64,000 bases of DNA. It comes from a virus. The translations under genes and the position numbers were made by a program. The notes below the pieces were generated by a model that was not told the origin of the DNA, searched no databases, and saw only the letters and a list, made by a program, of their open reading frames with translations. The stretch is from UHGV virus genome UHGV-0311442, one strand, 5' to 3'. Each line of letters opens with the position of its first letter. The first letter of the stretch is position 1. This document shows, one piece after another, positions 56,683 to 64,000 of this stretch.

Positions 56683-57198
56683 TTACCCCCGGTGCAAGAA
56701 AATACGGTTAGTGTTTTCGAATTTCGGTTCTGTCCACTCTAGTTCCCAGTAAGCCTGGTTAATATCGCGAGACGTGAGTTTCAAATTCGAAACACCGGGG
56801 ATATCGATCTGCTGCAGTAAATTAATAATCGTCACCAGCTCTTTACGAGGACGGTTCCAGATAACTTCAAGATACTCTTTCAGACGCTCCGGATAAGCGA
56901 CAGGTCGAATATAAACTAGTCCAGCGGGATACTCAATTGCTGAGGGTGTTCTAGGCACTAACCAAACCCAGTCTTTTAATAACGGTCCTGGGTGATAGTT
57001 AGAGAGTTGAGTAAGCGCGTTTGCGACCGAACAACAACGGAAGTAGGTGATATCCCAATCGTGTTCATGGCAATTTCGCGCAACGATAACTTTTAAACGG
57101 TCAATAGGTTTACCGTCGATGGTCGTAACACCAGGTTGATTCGCCAGAATCTGACGTTCACGTTTAGTGTAAAGATTCATGTTAATATTTACTGACAT
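56683..57198 (-). CDS. hypothetical protein (171 aa)
   Basis: ORF track; conserved initiation context. Confidence 0.5.
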   Translation of the reverse strand: MSVNINMNLYTKRERQILANQPGVTTIDGKPIDRLKVIVARNCHEHDWDITYFRCCSVANALTQLSNYHPGPLLKDWVWLVPRTPSAIEYPAGLVYIRPVAYPERLKEYLEVIWNRPRKELVTIINLLQQIDIPGVSNLKLTSRDINQAYWELEWTEPKFENTNRIFLHRG

Positions 57199-57244
57199 TT
57201 AATGCTCCTTTAGGTAAATGGTGGGGTAATTAAGCTACGGTTCC

Positions 57245-57688
57245 TTAAATCATGCCTGGGAATTCGAAATCGATTTTATCTAAAAGTTTGTAGTCGTCTT
57301 TTAGCTGAAGCATTAGCGTATTCTTAAACAGTTCAAGCGAACCGATAAAGTAAGCCGTATAGCAGCTACCACGAACAGAAGAGGAAAGACCCAAGTCTCT
57401 TAAACACTGTTTCAAGATTTCATGTTCTTCAGCGGTACCGAAAAGTTGGAAATTGATAACGGTAATCTGTTTATTAATGATTGCCGATAACCATTCTTTA
57501 ATTCTTCTCGTGGTTATTCTTTCTTTGAAATCACTAGCTTCTGGCAGCCAGGTAATGTGAACAAACGGTGCATCGTAATCCACGAGAACTTTCTGCTGCC
57601 AACGTACTTGCATCAAACCACGAATACGGTTTGCTAACGTTTCAGAATCACAAAGTAGCATAATGCCGTTGGTAGTATTTGGTTTCAT
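57245..57688 (-). CDS. hypothetical protein (147 aa)
   Basis: AAGGAAGGG RBS. Confidence 0.5.
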   Translation of the reverse strand: MKPNTTNGIMLLCDSETLANRIRGLMQVRWQQKVLVDYDAPFVHITWLPEASDFKERITTRRIKEWLSAIINKQITVINFQLFGTAEEHEILKQCLRDLGLSSSVRGSCYTAYFIGSLELFKNTLMLQLKDDYKLLDKIDFEFPGMI

Positions 57689-58536
57689 AATTGCCCTTCC
57701 TTCTTAATGTAATCTTCAACCAACTTATCAAACACGATTTTTATCTTCTCGCGTTCTTCTTCGCCCAATTCACCGGAACAGGTTAGTCCGTTTATCTTTC
57801 CGTACCGTAATTCCAACACATACTTCAACCGATGACGTAAGGCTTGTTCAAAATGCGTTGGAATATAAATTGGTTCGAAGTTGTGCAATAAAATAAAATC
57901 GTCTTCGGTGTGTTTAGGAGGTTCGAATTTTACTCTATCTAAGATAGTAAGCCAGCGTTGTCTGTCGACTAGCCGATCGTCCCAATAAACAGGTTTTGTC
58001 TTAGAGGGGGTAAGTGTATTGTAGTCACTGGAATCGGAGATACGGAAATTTGCTGTGACGTAAGTCTTCGAGAGTAACGAGAGAAGACAAATCGTGCCTT
58101 CTTTAGGGTAGCTTAAAAGCTCTCCGAGTACGTCTTTAGCTTTCTTGAAGTAGTCTCTAATATAGTCTTCAGCAATTGGTTGAATTTCTACTTCCATACA
58201 GCTAATTTGGGGCCCGTCTATCCGTAAAGGAATTTTTAGTTCAGCAATATACTGCCTATCAGATGTATAAGCTCGCGTAATAATAGGGTACGTAACAGGC
58301 TTGGCCAAATGACGATATTCATCATTTCTAATGACTGAGTAACGTCCAAACCCGCCTTTATTCGATTTTGAAAAAGCGTAAAGGTCTTTTAGATACTCTA
58401 GATACTGGTCATCGGTCATTTCGTCGGTATTAAATTCACGAATGTAAAGTCGTTCAACAAATCCCTTTGTTTGTTCGTAGTAATAACTGGGGTCCCTATT
58501 TGCTAGAATGTGCGGGAGATAATACGGGTGTGACAT
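57685..58536 (-). CDS. hypothetical protein (283 aa)
   Basis: AAAGGAGGA RBS; first gene after promoter-like motif. Confidence 0.55.
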   Translation of the reverse strand: MSHPYYLPHILANRDPSYYYEQTKGFVERLYIREFNTDEMTDDQYLEYLKDLYAFSKSNKGGFGRYSVIRNDEYRHLAKPVTYPIITRAYTSDRQYIAELKIPLRIDGPQISCMEVEIQPIAEDYIRDYFKKAKDVLGELLSYPKEGTICLLSLLSKTYVTANFRISDSSDYNTLTPSKTKPVYWDDRLVDRQRWLTILDRVKFEPPKHTEDDFILLHNFEPIYIPTHFEQALRHRLKYVLELRYGKINGLTCSGELGEEEREKIKIVFDKLVEDYIKKEGQL

Positions 58537-58584
58537 CTAATCCTCCTTTCGGCTATAACTAATGGAGTGAACGTAAATTTCACT

Positions 58585-58616
58585 CTCCCCTAGGTAATAT
58601 ATATCTGAGAAAAAAT
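58585..58616 (-). promoter_or_regulatory. conserved promoter-like motif, copy 4
   Basis: minus-strand reading TTCTCAGATATATATTACCTAGGGGAGAG then hairpin GAGTGAA...TTCACTC and RBS. Confidence 0.45.
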
Positions 58617-58653
58617 ATAAAAACCGTAGGATGGACTTAGTCCATCCTACGGT
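58617..58653 (-). terminator. rho-independent terminator
   Basis: hairpin CCGTAGGATGGAC-tta-GTCCATCCTACGG flanked by A/T runs. Confidence 0.6.
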
Positions 58654-58658
58654 TTAAA

Positions 58659-60785
58659 TTAAATAACTACCCAGCTTTTACCATCGGAGCCAACTTGCAT
58701 TAGCGTAATACTTTCAGTGGTCTCAATGGGTTTGGCAAGACCTTCCGTCCCACCCTTTGGAGTGATGAGAACGTTCGAATTTTGCGGTTTAACGGTGATC
58801 GAACCAGCCTTATTTGCCACGATCTGTATATTTCTACCCACGCTATATTCTAGATCAGGAATAGTAAGTTGGCCGCCACGGTTGGTGGCTGGGAAATACA
58901 CATAAGACGATACATCTTCCTCAGATAACACTATACTACCAGAATCACGATTGACCGAGATCTCAAACTTAGAAATATCGATATCGTAGGCAGTAACTTT
59001 CGTAATATCTGTCAGAACCAATTCGTTCAAATTGGTCTTAGCTGTACTGTTCGCCAGATCAAATGGAGTGCCATTCTTGCCGTCAAGCACAGGCGTGACT
59101 TTGATTTTATTGTCACCCGGATAAATGATTTCAAACGTATGCCAGTTATTATCGTACGCACCAAAAGTTCCTAATTGCACATTCTGCTTTTTATGATGCA
59201 TCAGATAAAGATTCGTACCGTCGGTCTGTAAGAAAAAAGACATTAAGTACGGGTTCGTATCAGCCACACCAGCGTCAGCAAGTGTAGTACCAGAAGGTAG
59301 GTCGGACGCGGAAATACGCCAATAAAGTCCTAATCCGAAACGATCTGCTGCTAAATCACCTTTTAGTCTAAAAGTAACGGTCAGACGTCCACCGTAACGT
59401 ATCATGTCCGCAGCAGATGTCATTGACTTAGTTACATTCCAAGGTTTCATCGTTACAGCCTTTCTTAATTCGACGAAATGCCCGTTTCCATCCTCAGAAT
59501 CTTGCACGGTTACGTTACAATCAACGATATTGTTCCAACCCTGCCCTTTCAGGGAACCATCTCCACGACGTCCGTTATAACCCACAGACTCTACTAATGG
59601 GGTATAGCTTCTTACCACATTCATATTGTCTTTGAGCTCTTTAGTGTCGTTCTTCGTCAGGAGCATTGCACCATTCGCTGTTCTTGATAATATCTCAGCA
59701 GCTATTCTCTCTGAGATAATACCGCGTCGTGCCCAAGAACTGAAATGGCTATTCCTTGTTTCAGACGTCCAGTTTTTATTACTACGGGTGGCAGCACCGT
59801 AGTAGGCAGCACCAGCGATATCAGGATCGTCAGTGGGATCATTAGTCGGTACACGTTGGCCATTATCGTCGTACATGAATGGAACAAAAAAGATATTTTT
59901 TTGTTCATTGTTACGATAATTACCGTATATGGTTTCATATTGAACAGGATATTTTTCCTTCCAATAGTAGGTAGTGTCCCCGCAGATCCATGGTACTTCG
60001 GCGGTGTCGTACTCGGGCATCTGAGAGAGATGGTCAGAGAGATCAGTTCGGAAACGCTCTACCATTGCCATAAATAACGCTGGTTGTTGTGCGTAACCTA
60101 CTTTAGTCAGATCATACTCCCCCTGCATCCACACTACAGCCAAGAGTTTATTTTTAGGATTAACGTCCAGAGCTTTTTTGGTCCGGCTAACTAAATCTTT
60201 ATAAAGAGGTTTTTCCACCCCCCATACCGATGACGTCGCAGAGGCTCCTGTGGCTTCATCGAAGGTACCTTCTGCACCACCCGTGAAAGCAGAACCGCCG
60301 CGTGCGCAGGGTACTAGTAAGATACCAGCGTTGCTAGGAATATACGGGAGAAGACGCTTCGCGATGTGTAGACCTTGACCCACACATCCGTATTCACCTT
60401 TGTCCAAATTGGCTTTGGGGTGCGAGAATACGGACATATCTTGCACGTCGTGCAGACAGTGATCCGCTGGAATGACGTCGTTATACTTACAATCAGCACC
60501 ATTAGGCGTTACCTTCGCACGGCGCGCCATTTGTTTAATCCGCGGATCGGGAGCGTCCAACGTCGCTGGTAAAGGCAATCCTTCACCATAACTCATCGCA
60601 TTAGATTGCCCGGCTATAGGGATCACGAAGTAATAATCCGGTTCCGTCACCCCCCCCCCTTGAAGTTCTGCAATATCAATTTTATATTCTTTTTCTTCCT
60701 TAGAAAGGAGAACTACCGCACCTTTGAGATCGCCAGAGAAATTGTCGAGTTCATGGATACGTTTCTTTCCAATTGGTTGAACCAT
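58659..60785 (-). CDS. tail-associated SASA/SGNH-type carbohydrate O-acetylesterase with C-terminal beta-rich domain (708 aa)
   Basis: N-terminal FVIPIAGQSNAMSYGEG (GQSN motif); GGAGGT RBS before ATG 60785; adjacent to fibre genes. Confidence 0.6.
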   Translation of the reverse strand: MVQPIGKKRIHELDNFSGDLKGAVVLLSKEEKEYKIDIAELQGGGVTEPDYYFVIPIAGQSNAMSYGEGLPLPATLDAPDPRIKQMARRAKVTPNGADCKYNDVIPADHCLHDVQDMSVFSHPKANLDKGEYGCVGQGLHIAKRLLPYIPSNAGILLVPCARGGSAFTGGAEGTFDEATGASATSSVWGVEKPLYKDLVSRTKKALDVNPKNKLLAVVWMQGEYDLTKVGYAQQPALFMAMVERFRTDLSDHLSQMPEYDTAEVPWICGDTTYYWKEKYPVQYETIYGNYRNNEQKNIFFVPFMYDDNGQRVPTNDPTDDPDIAGAAYYGAATRSNKNWTSETRNSHFSSWARRGIISERIAAEILSRTANGAMLLTKNDTKELKDNMNVVRSYTPLVESVGYNGRRGDGSLKGQGWNNIVDCNVTVQDSEDGNGHFVELRKAVTMKPWNVTKSMTSAADMIRYGGRLTVTFRLKGDLAADRFGLGLYWRISASDLPSGTTLADAGVADTNPYLMSFFLQTDGTNLYLMHHKKQNVQLGTFGAYDNNWHTFEIIYPGDNKIKVTPVLDGKNGTPFDLANSTAKTNLNELVLTDITKVTAYDIDISKFEISVNRDSGSIVLSEEDVSSYVYFPATNRGGQLTIPDLEYSVGRNIQIVANKAGSITVKPQNSNVLITPKGGTEGLAKPIETTESITLMQVGSDGKSWVVI
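60650..60659 (-). repeat. G10 homopolymer tract inside the esterase coding sequence (codons for GGGV)
   Basis: ten consecutive C on plus strand; in frame as given. Confidence 0.85.
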
Positions 60786-61106
60786 TGTAACCTCCAATTT
60801 TTAAACCAATACTCTTCCGGTTAGCGCGACATGCCGTTCTGTGATAAGGCAGTACTAACGATAAGTTTAACCGGGGTTTGTTCTTCCGTAATAGGGATTT
60901 CATCGAGATTGTTGATATCAATAGTAACATCATGGACTTTAGGCATTGTTACCAAGATAGTCAACATTACCACCGATGCTTTTGTGGAAGTATCCGCAAC
61001 GTAATATTTAACGTCCAGTAATTCGTTACTTTCAGATAAGTAGAGTATTTGCGGATAGATTGTTATCAATGTAAAAAAAATACCAACGCCATTTAAGTTT
61101 TAGCCA

Positions 61107-61622
61107 TTAATGATCTCCGAAGGTTAATGCACAATTATCTGCGGTAACGATTAAATCGTCGTCTTTTGTTACTGCGGCTTCTTCACTGTTACCGAAAACC
61201 AGAACAGAGAATTGACCTTTATAACCTAATGAATTAGGTGATACCTGTAACGTTACCGCGTCTTTTCCTACAGTGAAAGAATCATCTGTTAGATCTTCAG
61301 CTTGTAAGTTACTGCCACAAGCTGCGTTAATCGCTTCGATTAAATCGTGTGTGGTAAACCCTTCCCCGGCTACTTTTACCAGAATAGGTTGCTGGTTTAA
61401 CCACCGCTCTGCGGTTAAACGGTTGTAATAGATCTGCAACGTTCTGTTTCCAGGACGCTTAATCTTTACAACGGCAGTGGTATCACGATTCATTTCTTCA
61501 GTAGGATTTACGTTGCTGAACTCAACCTCGTTTTCTTGCAGATCGAGCTGAAGGTCGTAGTTGATCAGCGATATAACCATGTTAGTTGAAGTTAATGATA
61601 AATCTGGTGTGAATTGCCCCAT
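61107..61622 (-). CDS. five-member paralog family protein (171 aa)
   Basis: start re-set to ATG 61622 with GGAGGT RBS; LINYDL...HDLIEAINAACG pattern. Confidence 0.5.
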   Translation of the reverse strand: MGQFTPDLSLTSTNMVISLINYDLQLDLQENEVEFSNVNPTEEMNRDTTAVVKIKRPGNRTLQIYYNRLTAERWLNQQPILVKVAGEGFTTHDLIEAINAACGSNLQAEDLTDDSFTVGKDAVTLQVSPNSLGYKGQFSVLVFGNSEEAAVTKDDDLIVTADNCALTFGDH

Positions 61623-61720
61623 AAAGTTTACCTCCAACGGTTAGGGGAGTCATAAAATGTTGGCTAAAACATTTCACCCCTCCCCCGATTATGTTTTCAG
61701 GCACTATGACTTGAAAATAA

Positions 61721-62224
61721 TTAACTAATTCTCAAATCACGTAGTGCGCCTGTTGACTTCATCACGTTTTGGAACGCAGCGCTGATGTTATTAGTCCAGT
61801 AGTAATGCTGTCCGTTAATAACCTGCTGATAGGCCAGCGCGCAGGTGTTGCCACCTAAATTTACGGTAATGTTAGAGGCTCTGCCTCCTTGTAAGTAAAC
61901 CGCTAAAGTAGGCTTTGCGTTGGTAAATATCGTCGTTAGCATTAACTCGATACCTATTAAAGTCCCCACCCCGCAGTTACCCGCGTTTTGAATGGTCCCC
62001 TGATTTTTCTGGTTTAACGGCCAGCTTGGTCCTACTGCGCCCCATTTATTACCTAAAGAATCGCTATATGCAGCGGTTGCAATTTTACAGCCCATAGATC
62101 GTCCCACCATTTGACTCATCATAAAAGGTCTACCCAATCCTAATTTACTACCCGCAGCGCTCATCCATTGTTGGCCAGTTTCATTCTTAGCTGAAGATCC
62201 GTCCCATCCTGACGCTACCCCCAT
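61721..62224 (-). CDS. Gly-rich putative tail fibre accessory protein (167 aa)
   Basis: AAGGAGGG RBS; N-terminal GWDGSSAKNETGQQWMSAAG shared with 62241..63032. Confidence 0.5.
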   Translation of the reverse strand: MGVASGWDGSSAKNETGQQWMSAAGSKLGLGRPFMMSQMVGRSMGCKIATAAYSDSLGNKWGAVGPSWPLNQKNQGTIQNAGNCGVGTLIGIELMLTTIFTNAKPTLAVYLQGGRASNITVNLGGNTCALAYQQVINGQHYYWTNNISAAFQNVMKSTGALRDLRIS

Positions 62225-62240
62225 CTACCCTCCTTTTTAA

Positions 62241-63032
62241 TTAAACACGTGAACCGTATATTGCACCTACTGCGTCCCATCTTGGCGCATTACCAGTAAC
62301 AGCTGCACCAGCTGCTCCGCCGTTATATTCTGTACCGTTACCTTGAGTATTACATCTTCCTCCACCAGCACCGACATTACCACCCGAACCGCCTGTATAT
62401 GCACTAAGAGACCCCTCACCAACAGATCCTCTACCAGGAGCGGAAATAGTACCAGCAGCCGCACCGGAACTCATATGAGAGGAAGACCCACCAGCACCGA
62501 ATGGGCGACCACCGCCACCACCAAATATTAGTCTACCCCTGTTACCGCCGCCACCGCCGCCACCGCCTCCGGCAATAGCGCCACGGTTGGTTATACGCAG
62601 TCTGTTTCCTATTCCGTTCTGTACTGCGGTTCCACCTGCACCGCCTGGCGAGTTAGAACCACCGTTGCCTCCTCTGCCGTATACTGTAACCCCAGGATTG
62701 ATGATGAGTGTAATATACGAATTTGGAAGATTGCTAGGGAATTCTAAACAAGGAACCCCGCTACTATAAGACACTAAATCCCCTGTAATGGTCACAACGA
62801 CAGCAGTAGAGCCTAAAGAACGTAAATAGTTAATAAGCGTATCTTTATTGTAATTGTGATTAGCTCCGATCGAATACTGAACCTCTTTTGATTTTCCCGC
62901 CAATTGCGACATCCAGCCTGGAACCGGCACACCGAGTGTGCGCATCGCGCCAGACATCCAACCATTACCAGCTTCAGCTTTTGCTGAAGAACCAATCCAT
63001 CCGGGAGTCGCTGATACAGACAAAATAACCAC
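62241..63032 (-). CDS. Gly-rich protein with poly-Gly tracts (263 aa), start uncertain
   Basis: GGGGGGGGGNRG tract; N-terminal GWIGSSAKAEAGNGWMSGA; GTG start without clear RBS, preceded by a perfect hairpin. Confidence 0.45.
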   Translation of the reverse strand: MVILSVSATPGWIGSSAKAEAGNGWMSGAMRTLGVPVPGWMSQLAGKSKEVQYSIGANHNYNKDTLINYLRSLGSTAVVVTITGDLVSYSSGVPCLEFPSNLPNSYITLIINPGVTVYGRGGNGGSNSPGGAGGTAVQNGIGNRLRITNRGAIAGGGGGGGGGNRGRLIFGGGGGRPFGAGGSSSHMSSGAAAGTISAPGRGSVGEGSLSAYTGGSGGNVGAGGGRCNTQGNGTEYNGGAAGAAVTGNAPRWDAVGAIYGSRV

Positions 63033-63078
63033 CTTATAACGTACTTGTGAGTCAGTGAGGGGAACCCCTCACTGATAA

Positions 63079-64000
63079 TTATAACTTGTTCTCGATTATC
63101 TCCGCCAACTCCTTTATTGCCTCAATAAGTAGAGCTATTTGGGCAGAGTTAGAGACCGTTAAAACGTCCTCACCATTAGCGTCTTTATAAGTAGAAACTG
63201 CTTCAGGTAACACTTTTTGTAAGGTCTGTGCTACAACGCCAGCCTCACGATGAACATTAGTGGATTTAAAGTTCTCCTTTTTGTCGTATATTAAACCTGA
63301 CAATTCCTTTACCTTCTCCAATGCATTAGTTATTGGAGAGAAATTACTTTTCAGCCGGGCGTCAGATCGTATATAAACGTCGTTAAAGTTACCGTTCCCA
63401 CCACAAACCCAAGTACCGTCGTTTTGCAAATAAGCATTGGCATCGGTGCCATTATCAGTACGTGAGTTGTTTATCATGTAAAAGCCGAATTGATAGTTAC
63501 CTAAACCACCAACAAAAAATTTCCTATCAGCATGGTCTTGTCTTAACAATGCCTGAGCAGAACTGGTTCCTACCGGATTAAGACCAAAAATAACGTTATG
63601 GTCTCTCATGCTAATCCAAGAACCTGAGTTGCTGTTAATAGAATATCTATTTGCATAAACCCAAGTATTGGTTCTTATATCTCCGGTAACGTTGAGAGGT
63701 TTATTGCTTTGAACAGCCCCACTCGTAAAGCGTAAAACATGAGCATTATTGGCGTAAACATCTAGAACGCCATCCCCGTTCTGCTTAAAGCCGGTGTCAT
63801 TATCCCCTAAAACTATGGAGTTCCCACCTAAAGCATTGGCGGTTCCAATACCCAATGCTCCATTCAATTGACCGCCAGATAATGGCAACGCCCCAACGTC
63901 GGCAGCAGTTGGCTTGTTTCTCGTATTGTACACGCGACGCCAACCTGGTGAGTAAGTATCGCCGTTAAATACGTAGATAAACTCCGCATTAGTGAGTGCG
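63079..64000 (-). CDS. tail fibre protein C-terminal portion with S74-type intramolecular chaperone domain (5' part beyond window)
   Basis: PTAADVGALPLSGGQLNG fibre motif; SDARLK autoprocessing motif followed by coiled coil; ORF runs off window end. Confidence 0.65.
   Translation of the reverse strand, partial: ALTNAEFIYVFNGDTYSPGWRRVYNTRNKPTAADVGALPLSGGQLNGALGIGTANALGGNSIVLGDNDTGFKQNGDGVLDVYANNAHVLRFTSGAVQSNKPLNVTGDIRTNTWVYANRYSINSNSGSWISMRDHNVIFGLNPVGTSSAQALLRQDHADRKFFVGGLGNYQFGFYMINNSRTDNGTDANAYLQNDGTWVCGGNGNFNDVYIRSDARLKSNFSPITNALEKVKELSGLIYDKKENFKSTNVHREAGVVAQTLQKVLPEAVSTYKDANGEDVLTVSNSAQIALLIEAIKELAEIIENKL

Noticed and set aside
18231-58618. Possible CRISPR-like repeat array (recurring ~30-nt motif)
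   Set aside because: Only four copies, separated by 4-36 kb, each in an intergenic promoter position with hairpin and RBS downstream; no regular repeat-spacer periodicity.
60821-61069. 82-aa ORF between the esterase and a paralog gene
   Set aside because: Begins with TTG lacking any SD; no internal ATG with RBS; retained only as a doubtful possibility.
62267-62769. Short ORFs inside the Gly-rich gene (62267..62464, 62343..62531, 62587..62769)
   Set aside because: Frame artefacts of the GC-rich Gly-codon repeats.
1-64000. Prophage or integrative element boundaries
   Set aside because: No integrase, recombinase, transposase, att-like direct repeats or flanking bacterial housekeeping genes seen; the window looks wholly phage.

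Overview
This 64 kb window reads as part of a large virulent tailed dsDNA phage genome, probably infecting a Gram-negative (enterobacterial-type) host; no integrase, transposase, tRNA, rRNA or CRISPR array was seen. It is densely packed with short-spaced genes carrying AGGAG-type ribosome-binding sites and many hairpin terminators. Main contents: (i) 1-22 kb, minus strand: nucleic-acid enzymes (RNase H-domain protein, DEDDh exonuclease, Rad50/SbcC-like ATPase with a CPQC zinc hook), a secreted lytic transglycosylase, macro-like and GNAT proteins, an operon of five signal-peptide proteins, and a four-member paralog family; (ii) 25.3-40.4 kb, plus strand: four consecutive tail-fibre genes (1440, 1393, 1727, 400 aa); (iii) 40.4-45.9 kb: the most interesting locus, three tandem genes for leader-plus-cysteine-repeat peptides followed by two overlapping radical SAM genes (one with a SPASM-like C-terminus) and three unknown genes, bounded by terminators. 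It looks like a RiPP-type peptide-maturation cassette embedded in the tail-fibre module; (iv) 46-64 kb, minus strand: a cell-wall module (GH108 muramidase, M15 peptidase, DUF1353-like, an oppositely oriented lipoprotein), a five-member paralog family, many small unknown genes, a tail-associated SASA/SGNH-type esterase with a G10 tract in its coding sequence, glycine-rich proteins, and the C-terminal part of a further tail fibre with an S74-type intramolecular chaperone. A 26-nt promoter-like motif recurs four times upstream of minus-strand gene blocks. All calls rest on reading the sequence and ORF translations by eye; no database search was run. The ORF track translates TTG/GTG first codons as M, so several starts were re-set to the first ATG or GTG with a Shine-Dalgarno sequence.
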